Source: Blochmannia endosymbiont of Camponotus modoc
GTDB taxonomy: Bacteria > Pseudomonadota > Gammaproteobacteria > Enterobacterales > Enterobacteriaceae
Assembly (NCBI RefSeq): GCF_023585785.1
Contig: NZ_CP097765.1
Location: forward strand, 300,001 to 332,000
Direction of reading: 5' to 3'
DNA length: 32,000 nt
The notes under the pieces were generated by a model. It saw nothing but the letters and a program-made list of their open reading frames with translations, had not been told where the DNA came from and made no database searches. Below, one piece after another: positions 11,208 to 21,098 of the stretch (position 1 is the stretch's first letter; every line of letters begins with the position of its first letter). The position numbers were made by a program, and so were the translations under genes.

Positions 11208-11684
11208 TTAAGAGCTATTTTTAATTATTTTTAGTATATTAATCATTTCTAAAACAGCCAAAGCAGCTTCTGATCCTTTGTTATTAGATTTAATGCCTGA
11301 ACGTTCTATAGCTTGACTAATATTATCCGTAGTAAGTAATCCAAATCCAATAGGCAATGTGTTTTCCATGGAAATTCTGGATAATCCAGAGCTACATTCT
11401 TTTGCAACAAATTCAAAATGTACAGTAAATCCACGAATTACTGTGCCCAAAGCTATTATTCCATCATATTTGTGACTAATAGCCAATGCTTTTGCGATTA
11501 ACGGTAATTCATAAGAACCTGGAACCCAAATTATGGTTATATTTTCATCTTTCACGTGCCCAATTCTTTTTAAAACATCTAAAGCTCCTTCGAGTAAATT
11601 ATTATTAACGAAACGATTAAACCGAACAACCGCGATAGCAATCTTAGATTTATTTGCCATAGTATCGCTTTCAATAATATTCAT
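11208..11684 (-). CDS. ribH: 6,7-dimethyl-8-ribityllumazine synthase
   Basis: 158-aa ORF with ATG preceded by AAGGA. Contains [25 protein letters not shown] and [12 protein letters not shown]. The ribD-ribH-nusB order matches E. coli. Confidence 0.95.
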   Translation of the reverse strand: MNIIESDTMANKSKIAIAVVRFNRFVNNNLLEGALDVLKRIGHVKDENITIIWVPGSYELPLIAKALAISHKYDGIIALGTVIRGFTVHFEFVAKECSSGLSRISMENTLPIGFGLLTTDNISQAIERSGIKSNNKGSEAALAVLEMINILKIIKNSS

Positions 11685-11783
11685 AATAATCCTTATTATC
11701 AGACTACTAAAATCATTACTTGTTCTTATTTACAAATAAACACGTTACAGTATAGCATAATTGGTATAACTAAAAAAAATATA

Positions 11784-12923
11784 TTACATCCCCTTTGGGA
11801 TTAATCTTAAACGAAGATCTGGTCCTACATTTTTTATGTCAAGTAATTTAAAAGTTTTAATGTCATTGAGACATTTGATGTTTGGTAATAAACATAAAGG
11901 TCGCGCGTCAGATCCTAAAAATTTTGTAGCTTGATACAAAATAAGTTCGTCTACCAATCCAATATCTAATAATACCCCTGAAAAAGTAGCTCCTGCTTCT
12001 ACCCAAATATTATTAATTTCACGATATCCAAGGTGTTGCATTAATTCTTTTAGGTTTATTCGATGATGGCCATGACAATTAATTGATGATAATAATAGTT
12101 GTTCTACTGATGAGGGCCAATTTCGATGATCTTTTTTTAAACGCACGAGTAGAATTTTTCCCTTATATCGTATAATACGATGTGTTGGAAGTACTCTATT
12201 TGTGCTATCAATAATGACTCTCAGTGGTTGCCTAATTTGATTGTTGGCATAAATACGTTTCATTTCATCTGAAAAGCATGCCCAACGTACATTTAATTTT
12301 GGATCATCTGCTAAAACAGTGCCAGCAGTAGAAAGAATGACATCACTTTCTGCGCGGAAACGTTGTACATCTTGGCGCGCCTGAATAGATGTAATCCATT
12401 TACTTTCTCCAGAAGACATAGCGGTCCTGCCATCTAGAGATGCAGCTAATTTTAATTTAACCCATGGAAATCCGGTACGTATACGTTTGAGAAATCCTCG
12501 ATTTATTGATTCAGCTTCAGGTAACATCAGACTATGTTGTACTTCAATACCTGCTTGCTGTAACAAATTCAAACCACGTCCTCTTGCGTAAAAATGAGGA
12601 TCTAACATAGCTACAACAACGCGTTTAATTCCTGCATTAATTAATGCAGTAGTACAAGGAGGAGTACGTCCGTAATGACTACATGGTTCCAGAGTGATAT
12701 AAGCAGTTGCTCCTTGTGCTAAATTTCCAGCAATACGTAACGCATGTATTTCAGCATGTGCTTCTCCTGCTCGTATGTGATATCCCTCTCCTATAATTTT
12801 ATTGTTGCGAACGATAACACACCCTACATTAGGATTAGGCATTGTAGTAAAGCGTCCTTTCCATGCCAATTGGAGCGCTCTTGTTAAAAATCTTTTGTCA
12901 TGTAGTATAATATTATCTGTCAT
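11784..12923 (-). CDS. ribD: bifunctional riboflavin biosynthesis deaminase/reductase
   Basis: 379-aa ORF with the CMP/dCMP-type deaminase zinc site (AHAEIHAL, TLEPCSHYGRTPPC) followed by the reductase domain. Confidence 0.95.
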   Translation of the reverse strand: MTDNIILHDKRFLTRALQLAWKGRFTTMPNPNVGCVIVRNNKIIGEGYHIRAGEAHAEIHALRIAGNLAQGATAYITLEPCSHYGRTPPCTTALINAGIKRVVVAMLDPHFYARGRGLNLLQQAGIEVQHSLMLPEAESINRGFLKRIRTGFPWVKLKLAASLDGRTAMSSGESKWITSIQARQDVQRFRAESDVILSTAGTVLADDPKLNVRWACFSDEMKRIYANNQIRQPLRVIIDSTNRVLPTHRIIRYKGKILLVRLKKDHRNWPSSVEQLLLSSINCHGHHRINLKELMQHLGYREINNIWVEAGATFSGVLLDIGLVDELILYQATKFLGSDARPLCLLPNIKCLNDIKTFKLLDIKNVGPDLRLRLIPKGM

Positions 12924-13054
12924 AGTATCATGAGATCGTGAAACTAAATATATTTTTATATGATCAATTTTTATTAATAAAAAAATAATTTAAATCCGAT
13001 ATTACGAGAGTGCTATTGTTTTGGATCTCTCGATCATGTCATGATATTAGTAAA

Positions 13055-13105
13055 TTATTCAGTAAATGTTGAAGTCATAATCAGACATGCGATACAAGTA
13101 TCACA
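13055..13105 (-). pseudogene. nrdR: possible nrdR relic (zinc-ribbon fragment)
   Basis: Hand translation of the minus strand gives CDTCIACLIMTSTFTE-stop in a locally GC-richer island. Compare E. coli NrdR ...QCLVCNERFTTFE... (recalled). It lies upstream of and co-oriented with ribD, where nrdR sits in E. coli. Stops flank it on both sides. Confidence 0.3.
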
Positions 13106-13188
13106 GCTAATATTTTATTACATAATAATGTATTAGATTTCATTTGTTTATATATTAATTGTAGTAATGTTTATTGATGATTAAATAC

Positions 13189-13213
13189 GTATGCGTTAAT
13201 ATATAACGCATAC
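13189..13213. other. perfect 10-bp-stem hairpin/palindrome (GTATGCGTTA-atata-TAACGCATAC)
   Basis: Read directly: 13189-13198 pairs with 13204-13213 around a 5-nt loop, with 3 G:C pairs. It lies about 180 nt downstream of the secF stop. No clean U-tract on either strand, so a terminator role is uncertain. Confidence 0.3.
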
Positions 13214-13394
13214 TGTAGTGTTGTTACAAATTTAATTTTGTTAAAATATAAATAAAATCATACATCATATATAGACTGTATTCCAAAACACTTATATCAA
13301 CAGTAATATCAATCAGTGTTGCTATAGTAGTAAAAATACTATTATATTTTTGATGTTTGTTAAGCAAATATATAAAATCAAATAGTGAAAAATT

Positions 13395-14312
13395 TTATTC
13401 TTTATTAATTTTTATAAAATGATCACGTGCAGTACCAAATTTGAATGCTAACGCTGAAGCTATATATATAGATGATACTGTGCCAATAATAGTTCCAAGT
13501 AATAAAGTAACTGCAAATCCATGTAATATATCTCCCCCCCAAACTAGTAGTATCAGTAGTACCATAATAGTTGTAACTGAAGTTATAATAGTTCTACTTA
13601 ATACTTGACTCAATGAGATATTAAATATGTCTATAGATTTTGATACAGGTGTATAATAAAAATTTTCTCTAATTCTATCAAAAATAACAATTTTATCATT
13701 AATAGAGTAACCAATTGCTGACATTAGGGCAGCAATAATGGTGGAATCTATTTTAATAGCAAATAAAGATAATATACCTAAAATAACTATCATATCATAT
13801 GTTAAAGATATGACTACCCCAGTTGCCAGTCTCCATTCAAAACGAAAAGTTATATATACTAAGATACATATTAATGCGACTAATAAAGCTATTATTCCTG
13901 TATTTATCAGTTGACTATGAACACTGGGGCCAATCCAATTTACTTGTTTAACTGAAAAATTGTGAACAATACCTTGTCGTAAAGTATATAGTACTATACT
14001 TATAGTATGTTGATTAATCTTATTTTCATTAGGATCCAATGGTAATCGTATCATGATATCTTTCGGGGAACCAAAATGTTGCACGATAGGGTTTTTGAAT
14101 CCTGATTCAATTAAAATATTTTGAATATTAATGAGATTTACATCTTTTTCTGAAGTAATTTCAACTGACATACCTCCAGTAAAATCTAGTCCCCAGTTAA
14201 AACCGCGCGTTATCATAGTACAGCATGAAATAAAGAATAAAAATATCGATAAAAAAAATATTAAACGTTTCCATGCAAGAAAATCGTAAATTTTATAATA
14301 ACTTTCACTCAT
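13395..14312 (-). CDS. secF: protein translocase subunit SecF
   Basis: Contains GFNWGLDFTGG and GYSINDKIVIFDRIREN. The ORF-track start 14327 is a TTG; the first ATG (MSESYYKIYDF) is at 14312 and fits the E. coli alignment. Confidence 0.93.
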   Translation of the reverse strand: MSESYYKIYDFLAWKRLIFFLSIFLFFISCCTMITRGFNWGLDFTGGMSVEITSEKDVNLINIQNILIESGFKNPIVQHFGSPKDIMIRLPLDPNENKINQHTISIVLYTLRQGIVHNFSVKQVNWIGPSVHSQLINTGIIALLVALICILVYITFRFEWRLATGVVISLTYDMIVILGILSLFAIKIDSTIIAALMSAIGYSINDKIVIFDRIRENFYYTPVSKSIDIFNISLSQVLSRTIITSVTTIMVLLILLVWGGDILHGFAVTLLLGTIIGTVSSIYIASALAFKFGTARDHFIKINKE

Positions 14313-14372
14313 TTTAAAGAAATTCAATTAAAATGTATAAAATTGGTATATATGATTTAAAAACTTAAAAAG

Positions 14373-16232
14373 TTAAATGGATAGCTTATTAATACGTCGT
14401 TTCCCATAGATTAAATTAACAATAGCACGAGTACCGACAATAGATGTAAACATTGATGTGCCTACTCCAATAACAGTAGTAATAGCGAATCCTTTGATTG
14501 GTCCTGTACCAATTAAATATAGTATAATAGAAGTAATAATAGTTGTAATATTTGCATCTACAATACTAGTAAACGCTTTACGATATCCTGTGTATATAGC
14601 GTATTGTACTGGTTTACCTTGTTTTATTTCTTCTTTGATTCGTTCGTTAATTAATACATTTGCATCTACAGCTACGGATAAAGTCAATATTATTCCTACT
14701 ATACTTGGCATAGTTAACACTATTCCTGGGATTATAGACATCGTACTTATCATAAGTATTAAATTAGCAATTAAAGCAACACTAGCGATTAATCCAAAGT
14801 AACGATACCATAAAATCATAAAGCATATAGAAATTAATAATCCTAAAGCACATGCGGTAAATCCCCGTACAATGTTTTGTTTACCAAGTGTAGGACCAAT
14901 CATGCGTTCTTCTTCAATATGAATAGGTGCTGCTAAATTCCCCATACGTAATAATAACGAAAGATGACGTGCTTCATTTAAATTGTTGATTCCGGAGATA
15001 CGGAAATTATCACTTAATTGAGATTGAATAGTAGCAATGTTAATAACTTTTTCATGTTTAATTAAAATAGCGTGATCTTTAGAATCTTTTTTTCCGTTAT
15101 CTTTGTATTCTACGAATAAAGTAGCTATTGCTTTGCCAATATTATTTTTGGTAAAATTAGAAATTAAAATACTACCTGTTTTATCTAAAGAAATATTTAC
15201 TTGAGGTCGATTATATTCATCTAAACTAACATTAGAATTAATAATATTGTCTCCAGATAACACTATTTTTTTATATAACGGTATTAAATAACCATTATTG
15301 CTTAATTTTATCTCAGAATCTTCTGGAATTAAATTATTATTTATTTCAAATTCACTTATTGCTGAATTAACCAGTCGAAACTCCAGGCTTGCTGTAGTGC
15401 CAAGCATCTCTCTGATCTTTTCAATATCTTGAAAACCGGGTAATTCTATAATAATATGATCACTTCCATGACGTTGTACTAATGGCTCAGTAATACCTAA
15501 CTGATGGATACGATGATGTAAAATAGTACAATTTTTATGTATTATGTTCTCACGAATTGCATTTTTTTTTCTTTCAGAAAAAATCACATGTAATTTGTTG
15601 GTTCCCATTGCATGCAATATTAGGTCATTATCTACTTCAGATAAAGGTAAAATTGCTTGATTTCTATAATTAGAATTTTGAAAATTAATTTCAATATCAT
15701 GATTTCTAATTTTGTATATTTTTAAATAGGGAATGTTTTTTTCAAATAAGATAGCTCTTAAAGAAGACATATATTGTTCTTGAAATTTATCTAGTACAGT
15801 TTTCGTATTTGCATGTATTACAAAATACATTCCACCACATAAATCTAATCCTAATTTTATAGGCTTAGCTTTTATTGCAGATAACCAATGTGGTATGTTT
15901 GGAGTACTACAAAGTAATATCTGATACTTCTTCGAAAAAATAGTTGATAGTTTTTGGTAAGCTTGCAGTTGATCCTGTTCATGAAAAAATTGTATTCGAA
16001 TTTTATTTGCTTGCAATACAATAGATTTATTAATTATTTCTTCGTATGTTAGTATTTTTTTTATTTGACATAATAAAATATCATCTATTTCTTGATAGTT
16101 TTGTTCTAGAGCACACGGAACAATATATATTGTAGGATGATCCCTATATAAACTCGGTAATGTGTAGATTATGCTAGTAACAAATACTAAGATAACCGCA
16201 AGATACTTCCATAACGGATAATTATTTAACAC
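14373..16232 (-). CDS. secD: protein translocase subunit SecD
   Basis: 619-aa ORF with a GTG start aligned to the E. coli start (LNNYPLWKY vs MLNRYPLWKY). Also LGLDLCGG, QPQVNISLD and LSVAVDANVLINERIKEE. Confidence 0.96.
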   Translation of the reverse strand: MLNNYPLWKYLAVILVFVTSIIYTLPSLYRDHPTIYIVPCALEQNYQEIDDILLCQIKKILTYEEIINKSIVLQANKIRIQFFHEQDQLQAYQKLSTIFSKKYQILLCSTPNIPHWLSAIKAKPIKLGLDLCGGMYFVIHANTKTVLDKFQEQYMSSLRAILFEKNIPYLKIYKIRNHDIEINFQNSNYRNQAILPLSEVDNDLILHAMGTNKLHVIFSERKKNAIRENIIHKNCTILHHRIHQLGITEPLVQRHGSDHIIIELPGFQDIEKIREMLGTTASLEFRLVNSAISEFEINNNLIPEDSEIKLSNNGYLIPLYKKIVLSGDNIINSNVSLDEYNRPQVNISLDKTGSILISNFTKNNIGKAIATLFVEYKDNGKKDSKDHAILIKHEKVINIATIQSQLSDNFRISGINNLNEARHLSLLLRMGNLAAPIHIEEERMIGPTLGKQNIVRGFTACALGLLISICFMILWYRYFGLIASVALIANLILMISTMSIIPGIVLTMPSIVGIILTLSVAVDANVLINERIKEEIKQGKPVQYAIYTGYRKAFTSIVDANITTIITSIILYLIGTGPIKGFAITTVIGVGTSMFTSIVGTRAIVNLIYGKRRINKLSI

Positions 16233-16266
16233 AAAATCTTATCTCAATCTATATTGAAATTGTAAA

Positions 16267-16614
16267 TTATAATGCTTTCATAGTGCCTTTAGGCAAAATA
16301 GCAGTAACACAGTCACGCTTAATCAATATTTCATTACCATCAGTGTTATTTTTGTCATTGAGAATAACAAAGATATAACCTGTTTCTGTAACTTTGACTA
16401 CACGCCCGACTAACCCCCCATTAGTTAGGATTTCATCTCCTTTAGAGATGGAGCTTAATAATTCTTTATGAATTTTATTACGTTTTTGTTGGGGTCTAAA
16501 GATCATAAAATAAAAAATTCCAGCAAATACTGTTAACATGATCACTAAGGAATACGGATTACCCTGAGAATTAGCATTGACACTTGCCCAAGCAGAATGA
16601 GTAAATATGTTCAT
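16267..16614 (-). CDS. yajC: preprotein translocase accessory subunit YajC
   Basis: 115-aa ORF with AGGA 9 nt upstream of the ATG. Contains the FYFMIFRPQQKR motif and sits between tgt and secD. Confidence 0.9.
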   Translation of the reverse strand: MNIFTHSAWASVNANSQGNPYSLVIMLTVFAGIFYFMIFRPQQKRNKIHKELLSSISKGDEILTNGGLVGRVVKVTETGYIFVILNDKNNTDGNEILIKRDCVTAILPKGTMKAL

Positions 16615-16659
16615 GTATATTTCCTGTTTTATAAATAGTTTGAATCATTGGGTCTAATT

Positions 16660-16687
16660 AAAAAAAATACTGAATGTAAATTCAGTA

Positions 16688-16689
<2 letters not shown>
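16660..16689 (-). terminator. intrinsic terminator/attenuator-like hairpin between tgt and yajC
   Basis: Minus strand reads TAATACTGAAT-TTAC-ATTCAGTATTTTTTTT. The 10-bp stem pairs 16689-16680 with 16675-16666 around a 4-nt loop, followed by a run of 8 T (two of them in the stem). The stem overlaps the tgt stop codon (16688-16690). The stem is AT-rich with 2 G:C pairs. Confidence 0.5.
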
Positions 16690-17827
<1,138 letters not shown>

Positions 17828-17867
17828 TCAATATATAAATATAGTCAGTACTGATTATAAACTGTAT

Positions 17868-18820
17868 TTAATATATATTATGCACAATAAACGTAATATA
17901 TTTATAACTTACAAAGTTATATGATATGCCATAATTTATAATCCTTAATAAATATGATAACAATTTTTTTATATTTTTTCTGACTTAATTAATATTGATT
18001 TTAAAAAAAATATAAATTAAATAATAATATCGTTTAAGATCTATCAAATAAAATTGATAGAACACAAGATTTGTTGCATATATAAAAATATTCAATAGTT
18101 ATAGCTATATTTGACACATATTAATATGATGGTCAATAGTTTATGGTGATTATTATCATCAATTATTTAATAGCTATTTTTTGAATTTTAATATAGATTT
18201 TTATTTAGATAAGTTGTATTAATTAAAATTAATTGATTTCATACCTAAAATTACTAAAATCGTTACTATATATAGTATACAATTTTGTTAACAAAGTATT
18301 TTCAAAGAAATATTATGTCTACTGTTAAAAATAATTTATTATTGTAATATTAATTACTTGATATATTATTTGGATCGATTTTTTATTTACGAGTGAAAAT
18401 ATGGTGAAAAATTTTACAATTAATATTATCTAATATTATTCACACGATTATTTAATCGTTATCGATTACATTTTTATATCATCCTATATGTTCTTATTAT
18501 TTACCAATTATTAAATTAAATATTAATTTTATTGAGTCAGAGATTACACATGAGTGTTTATGTAATAGCTAGAATATGTAGATATTGGTCATGAAAATCT
18601 CAATGACATCATTGAATTTGTATGTTGCAAATCATTATTATTAGTGATAATATCAAGTATCATAGATTTCCTGAATTTAATTTTTTTAAGAAGATCTCAA
18701 ATAATCTGATTGAATTGATCAAGTTATTTTCAATTAAGTGGTCATGATTGACCCTAAATTTTTAAATTTAGATACAAGGATTTGGTTTTTAAGAAAAATA
18801 AATAAAAAATCTCCAAGTTT
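17868..18820 (-). pseudogene. queA: eroded S-adenosylmethionine:tRNA ribosyltransferase-isomerase pseudogene
   Basis: There is no ORF of 60 aa or more in any frame, but the minus strand yields colinear QueA-like remnants in shifting frames. These are KLGDFLF (18820-18800), FEIFLKKLNSGNL-stop (18701-18660), LDIITNNN (18657-18634), IILDNINCKIF/SPYF (18439-18396), IYQVI (18366-18352), TVDIIF (18325-18308) and RIINYGISYNFVSY...TAA (17945-17868). Spacing between them is close to E. coli QueA. The relic ends 73 nt upstream of tgt, as in the queA-tgt operon. Confidence 0.7.
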
Positions 18821-19290
18821 TTATAATTTTTTTATGAAATACTAGTTTTTAATTGACAAATACTACTATATATACAATATAGAGTAATTATTGTGGTTCT
18901 CTATATTTATTATCACGAAATATTAAATTTTAATTAATGGTTTAATTCTGAAAATAAGGATTTAAGATAAATTATACAGTAATAATCGATTATAATTATT
19001 GTTAATAATAAACAATAAATTTTTTCCGAATCATATTATTGTAAATATAGCATCTACATGAAATAATACTAAATAATCAGATTAGTAACTCATAAGAAAG
19101 AATGAGATTCTACAAAAAATATGTAAATAGATAAGGAATTTTTTTTATTTTTAACAATTTTTTATACAGTATTGTTTGTATAAAGATAGTTTAAACAGCA
19201 GACTGAGTATTGATTGTCAGTATCAATATTCGTTTATTTAATGTCGTCAACATTTTAAATAAATTACAACAAAGATTATAAGGAATCAAA

Positions 19291-19893
19291 ATGGTATTAG
19301 TTAGTCATTGTGCTCCAGACTTTACTTCTTCCGCAGTATTAGGAAACGGTGAAATTGTAGATAATTTTAATTTATTAAATTATATTAATAAAAAAGAAGC
19401 AATAGTGTTTTTTTGGCCTATGGATTTCACTTTTGTGTGTCCATCGGAATTGATTGCTTGCAACAAACGTTATGTTGAGTTTCAGAAACGAAATGTGGAA
19501 GTTATTGGAGTTTCTATAGATTCAGTTTTTGTGCACAACGCTTGGAGACAAATTCCTGTAAGTCAGGGCGGAATTGGATTATTGAAATATGCTATGGTTT
19601 CTGATATAAAACGTGAAATTATTAAAAAATATGGTATTGAACACTCAAATAAAGGCGTGGCTTTACGCGCTTCTTTCTTAATAGACAAATCAGGAGTGAT
19701 ACGGCATCAAGTAGTTAATGATTTACCTTTTGGTAGAAATTTTGATGAAATGATTCGCATGGTAGATGCCTTGAAGTTTCATGAGGTTCATGGCTTGCTA
19801 TGTCCCGCTCAATGGAACAAAAATAAAAAGGGACTAGAAGCATCACAGAAAGGGGTAGTTGATTATCTTTCTGAAAATTTCTCTCAGTTGTAA
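19291..19893 (+). CDS. ahpC: 2-Cys peroxiredoxin (alkyl hydroperoxide reductase C / TsaA type)
   Basis: 200-aa ORF with AAGGA 8 nt upstream of the ATG. Peroxidatic Cys lies in FWPMDFTFVCPSE and resolving Cys in LLCPAQW near the C-terminus. Confidence 0.9.
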   Translation: MVLVSHCAPDFTSSAVLGNGEIVDNFNLLNYINKKEAIVFFWPMDFTFVCPSELIACNKRYVEFQKRNVEVIGVSIDSVFVHNAWRQIPVSQGGIGLLKYAMVSDIKREIIKKYGIEHSNKGVALRASFLIDKSGVIRHQVVNDLPFGRNFDEMIRMVDALKFHEVHGLLCPAQWNKNKKGLEASQKGVVDYLSENFSQL

Positions 19894-20008
19894 ATATCTC
19901 TTGCATTGTATAGCGAATAAGATAATAGGTTGCTGTTGCTTGATAGATGCAGATGTATGATTATAAGTAAAAATTTATTTAAGTCAGTAAAATGTTAATA
20001 TTATATTA

Positions 20009-20082
20009 TGCCGATAATAGGATTTGAACCTATATCCTTCGCATTACGAATGCGCTGCTCTGCCTATCTGAGCTATATCGGC
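20009..20082 (-). tRNA. thrW: tRNA-Thr (anticodon CGU)
   Basis: The reverse complement is GCCGATATAGCTCAGATAGGCAGAGCAGCGCATTCGTAATGCGAAGGATATAGGTTCAAATCCTATTATCGGCA. It folds as a cloverleaf with anticodon loop TTCGTAA and is near-identical to E. coli thrW as recalled. The 3' CCA is not encoded. Confidence 0.95.
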
Positions 20083-20102
20083 ATTTGCTTACCAAAACTC
20101 TT

Positions 20103-20195
20103 TTAGCCGCACAATATAACATCTCCTACTTTTTTTCGTAGGCACAAACATCTAATTCTTCGAAACACATCCAGATCTGAGTGTATCAAGTTTGT
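20103..20195 (-). pseudogene. proA: possible relic of the 3' end of proA (gamma-glutamyl phosphate reductase)
   Basis: A locally GC-richer open stretch ends in TAA (20105-20103) 20 nt upstream of the tRNA: TNLIHSDLDVFRRIRCLCLRKKVGDVILCG-stop. It aligns ungapped with the recalled E. coli ProA C-terminus [30 protein letters not shown]-stop (identities T, H, G, D plus conservative I/L/V). proA immediately precedes thrW on the same strand in E. coli. Confidence 0.25.
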
Positions 20196-20290
20196 ACAAA
20201 AAAAACAAGTAAATACATTTTTGTGTTTCTATTTATATAGATATCCTTATGCATGGGTTGTAGTACATTGACATCAATTTTCATCATTTC

Positions 20291-20878
20291 TCATGAAATA
20301 AACACCATTTCTTTTTCTATAAGCAGGATAAGTAAATGGATTATTTTAATATGAATTTCTTGAATATAATCAAGATAACTTGCATATGGCGCACAAATTT
20401 CTATATCTATATAATTAGATAATTTGTTTTCTTTTTTTTCTCCGGTCAAGAAAATTATTTTCATACTTTGTTTGTACGCTGCTTCTATAGCATATAGAAT
20501 ATTGGTTGATTCTCCAGAAGTAGAGATAGCAAATAGTACGTCTTTCTCATTTCCAATAGATTCAATATAACGGGAAAAAACATATTTGTACCCAAAATCA
20601 TTACTAACACACGATAAATATGAGGGATCAGAAATAGCTATTGCTGCATAACCTGCGCGATTGCTCCTATAACGTCCGGTCAGTTCTTCTGAAAAGTGCA
20701 TAGCATTACAGTGTGAACCACCATTTCCACAGGACAATATTTTTCCTCCTTTTTTAAAAGTATTAGCAATAAGTTTTGCAGATGATTCTATTGCTTGAAT
20801 GTTATGTTTTTTACCAGAAAATATCTGCATCATTTTTATAGTTTCATTAAATTCGTTATAAATTATATCATGATACAT
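20291..20878 (-). CDS. gmhA: phosphoheptose (sedoheptulose-7-phosphate) isomerase
   Basis: 195-aa ORF with a strong SD (AAGGAG). Near-colinear with E. coli GmhA ([50 protein letters not shown]). Confidence 0.95.
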   Translation of the reverse strand: MYHDIIYNEFNETIKMMQIFSGKKHNIQAIESSAKLIANTFKKGGKILSCGNGGSHCNAMHFSEELTGRYRSNRAGYAAIAISDPSYLSCVSNDFGYKYVFSRYIESIGNEKDVLFAISTSGESTNILYAIEAAYKQSMKIIFLTGEKKENKLSNYIDIEICAPYASYLDYIQEIHIKIIHLLILLIEKEMVFIS

Positions 20879-21098
20879 GATGACTCCTTTAAAAATAATA
20901 ATATTATGATATTATGTATTATGCCTAACCAACAAATTAGAAACGTGAATTTTTTAATAAACATTCATAAAAAATATATTTATTTCAATTTAAAACTTAT
21001 CTGTAAGATAGAGTATATTTATGCTACTTACAAACGTATCTATTGTTTTATTTTATTATAAAAAATAATCTGAAAATTATTATTTTGTTACATCATTA

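Noticed and set aside
12924-13100. FMN (RFN) riboswitch in the ribD 5' region.
   Set aside because: No conserved RFN core-like GC-rich helices are visible. In Enterobacterales the FMN riboswitch controls ribB rather than ribD. The only structure is a 6-bp CGAGAG/CTCTCG stem (13005-13032).
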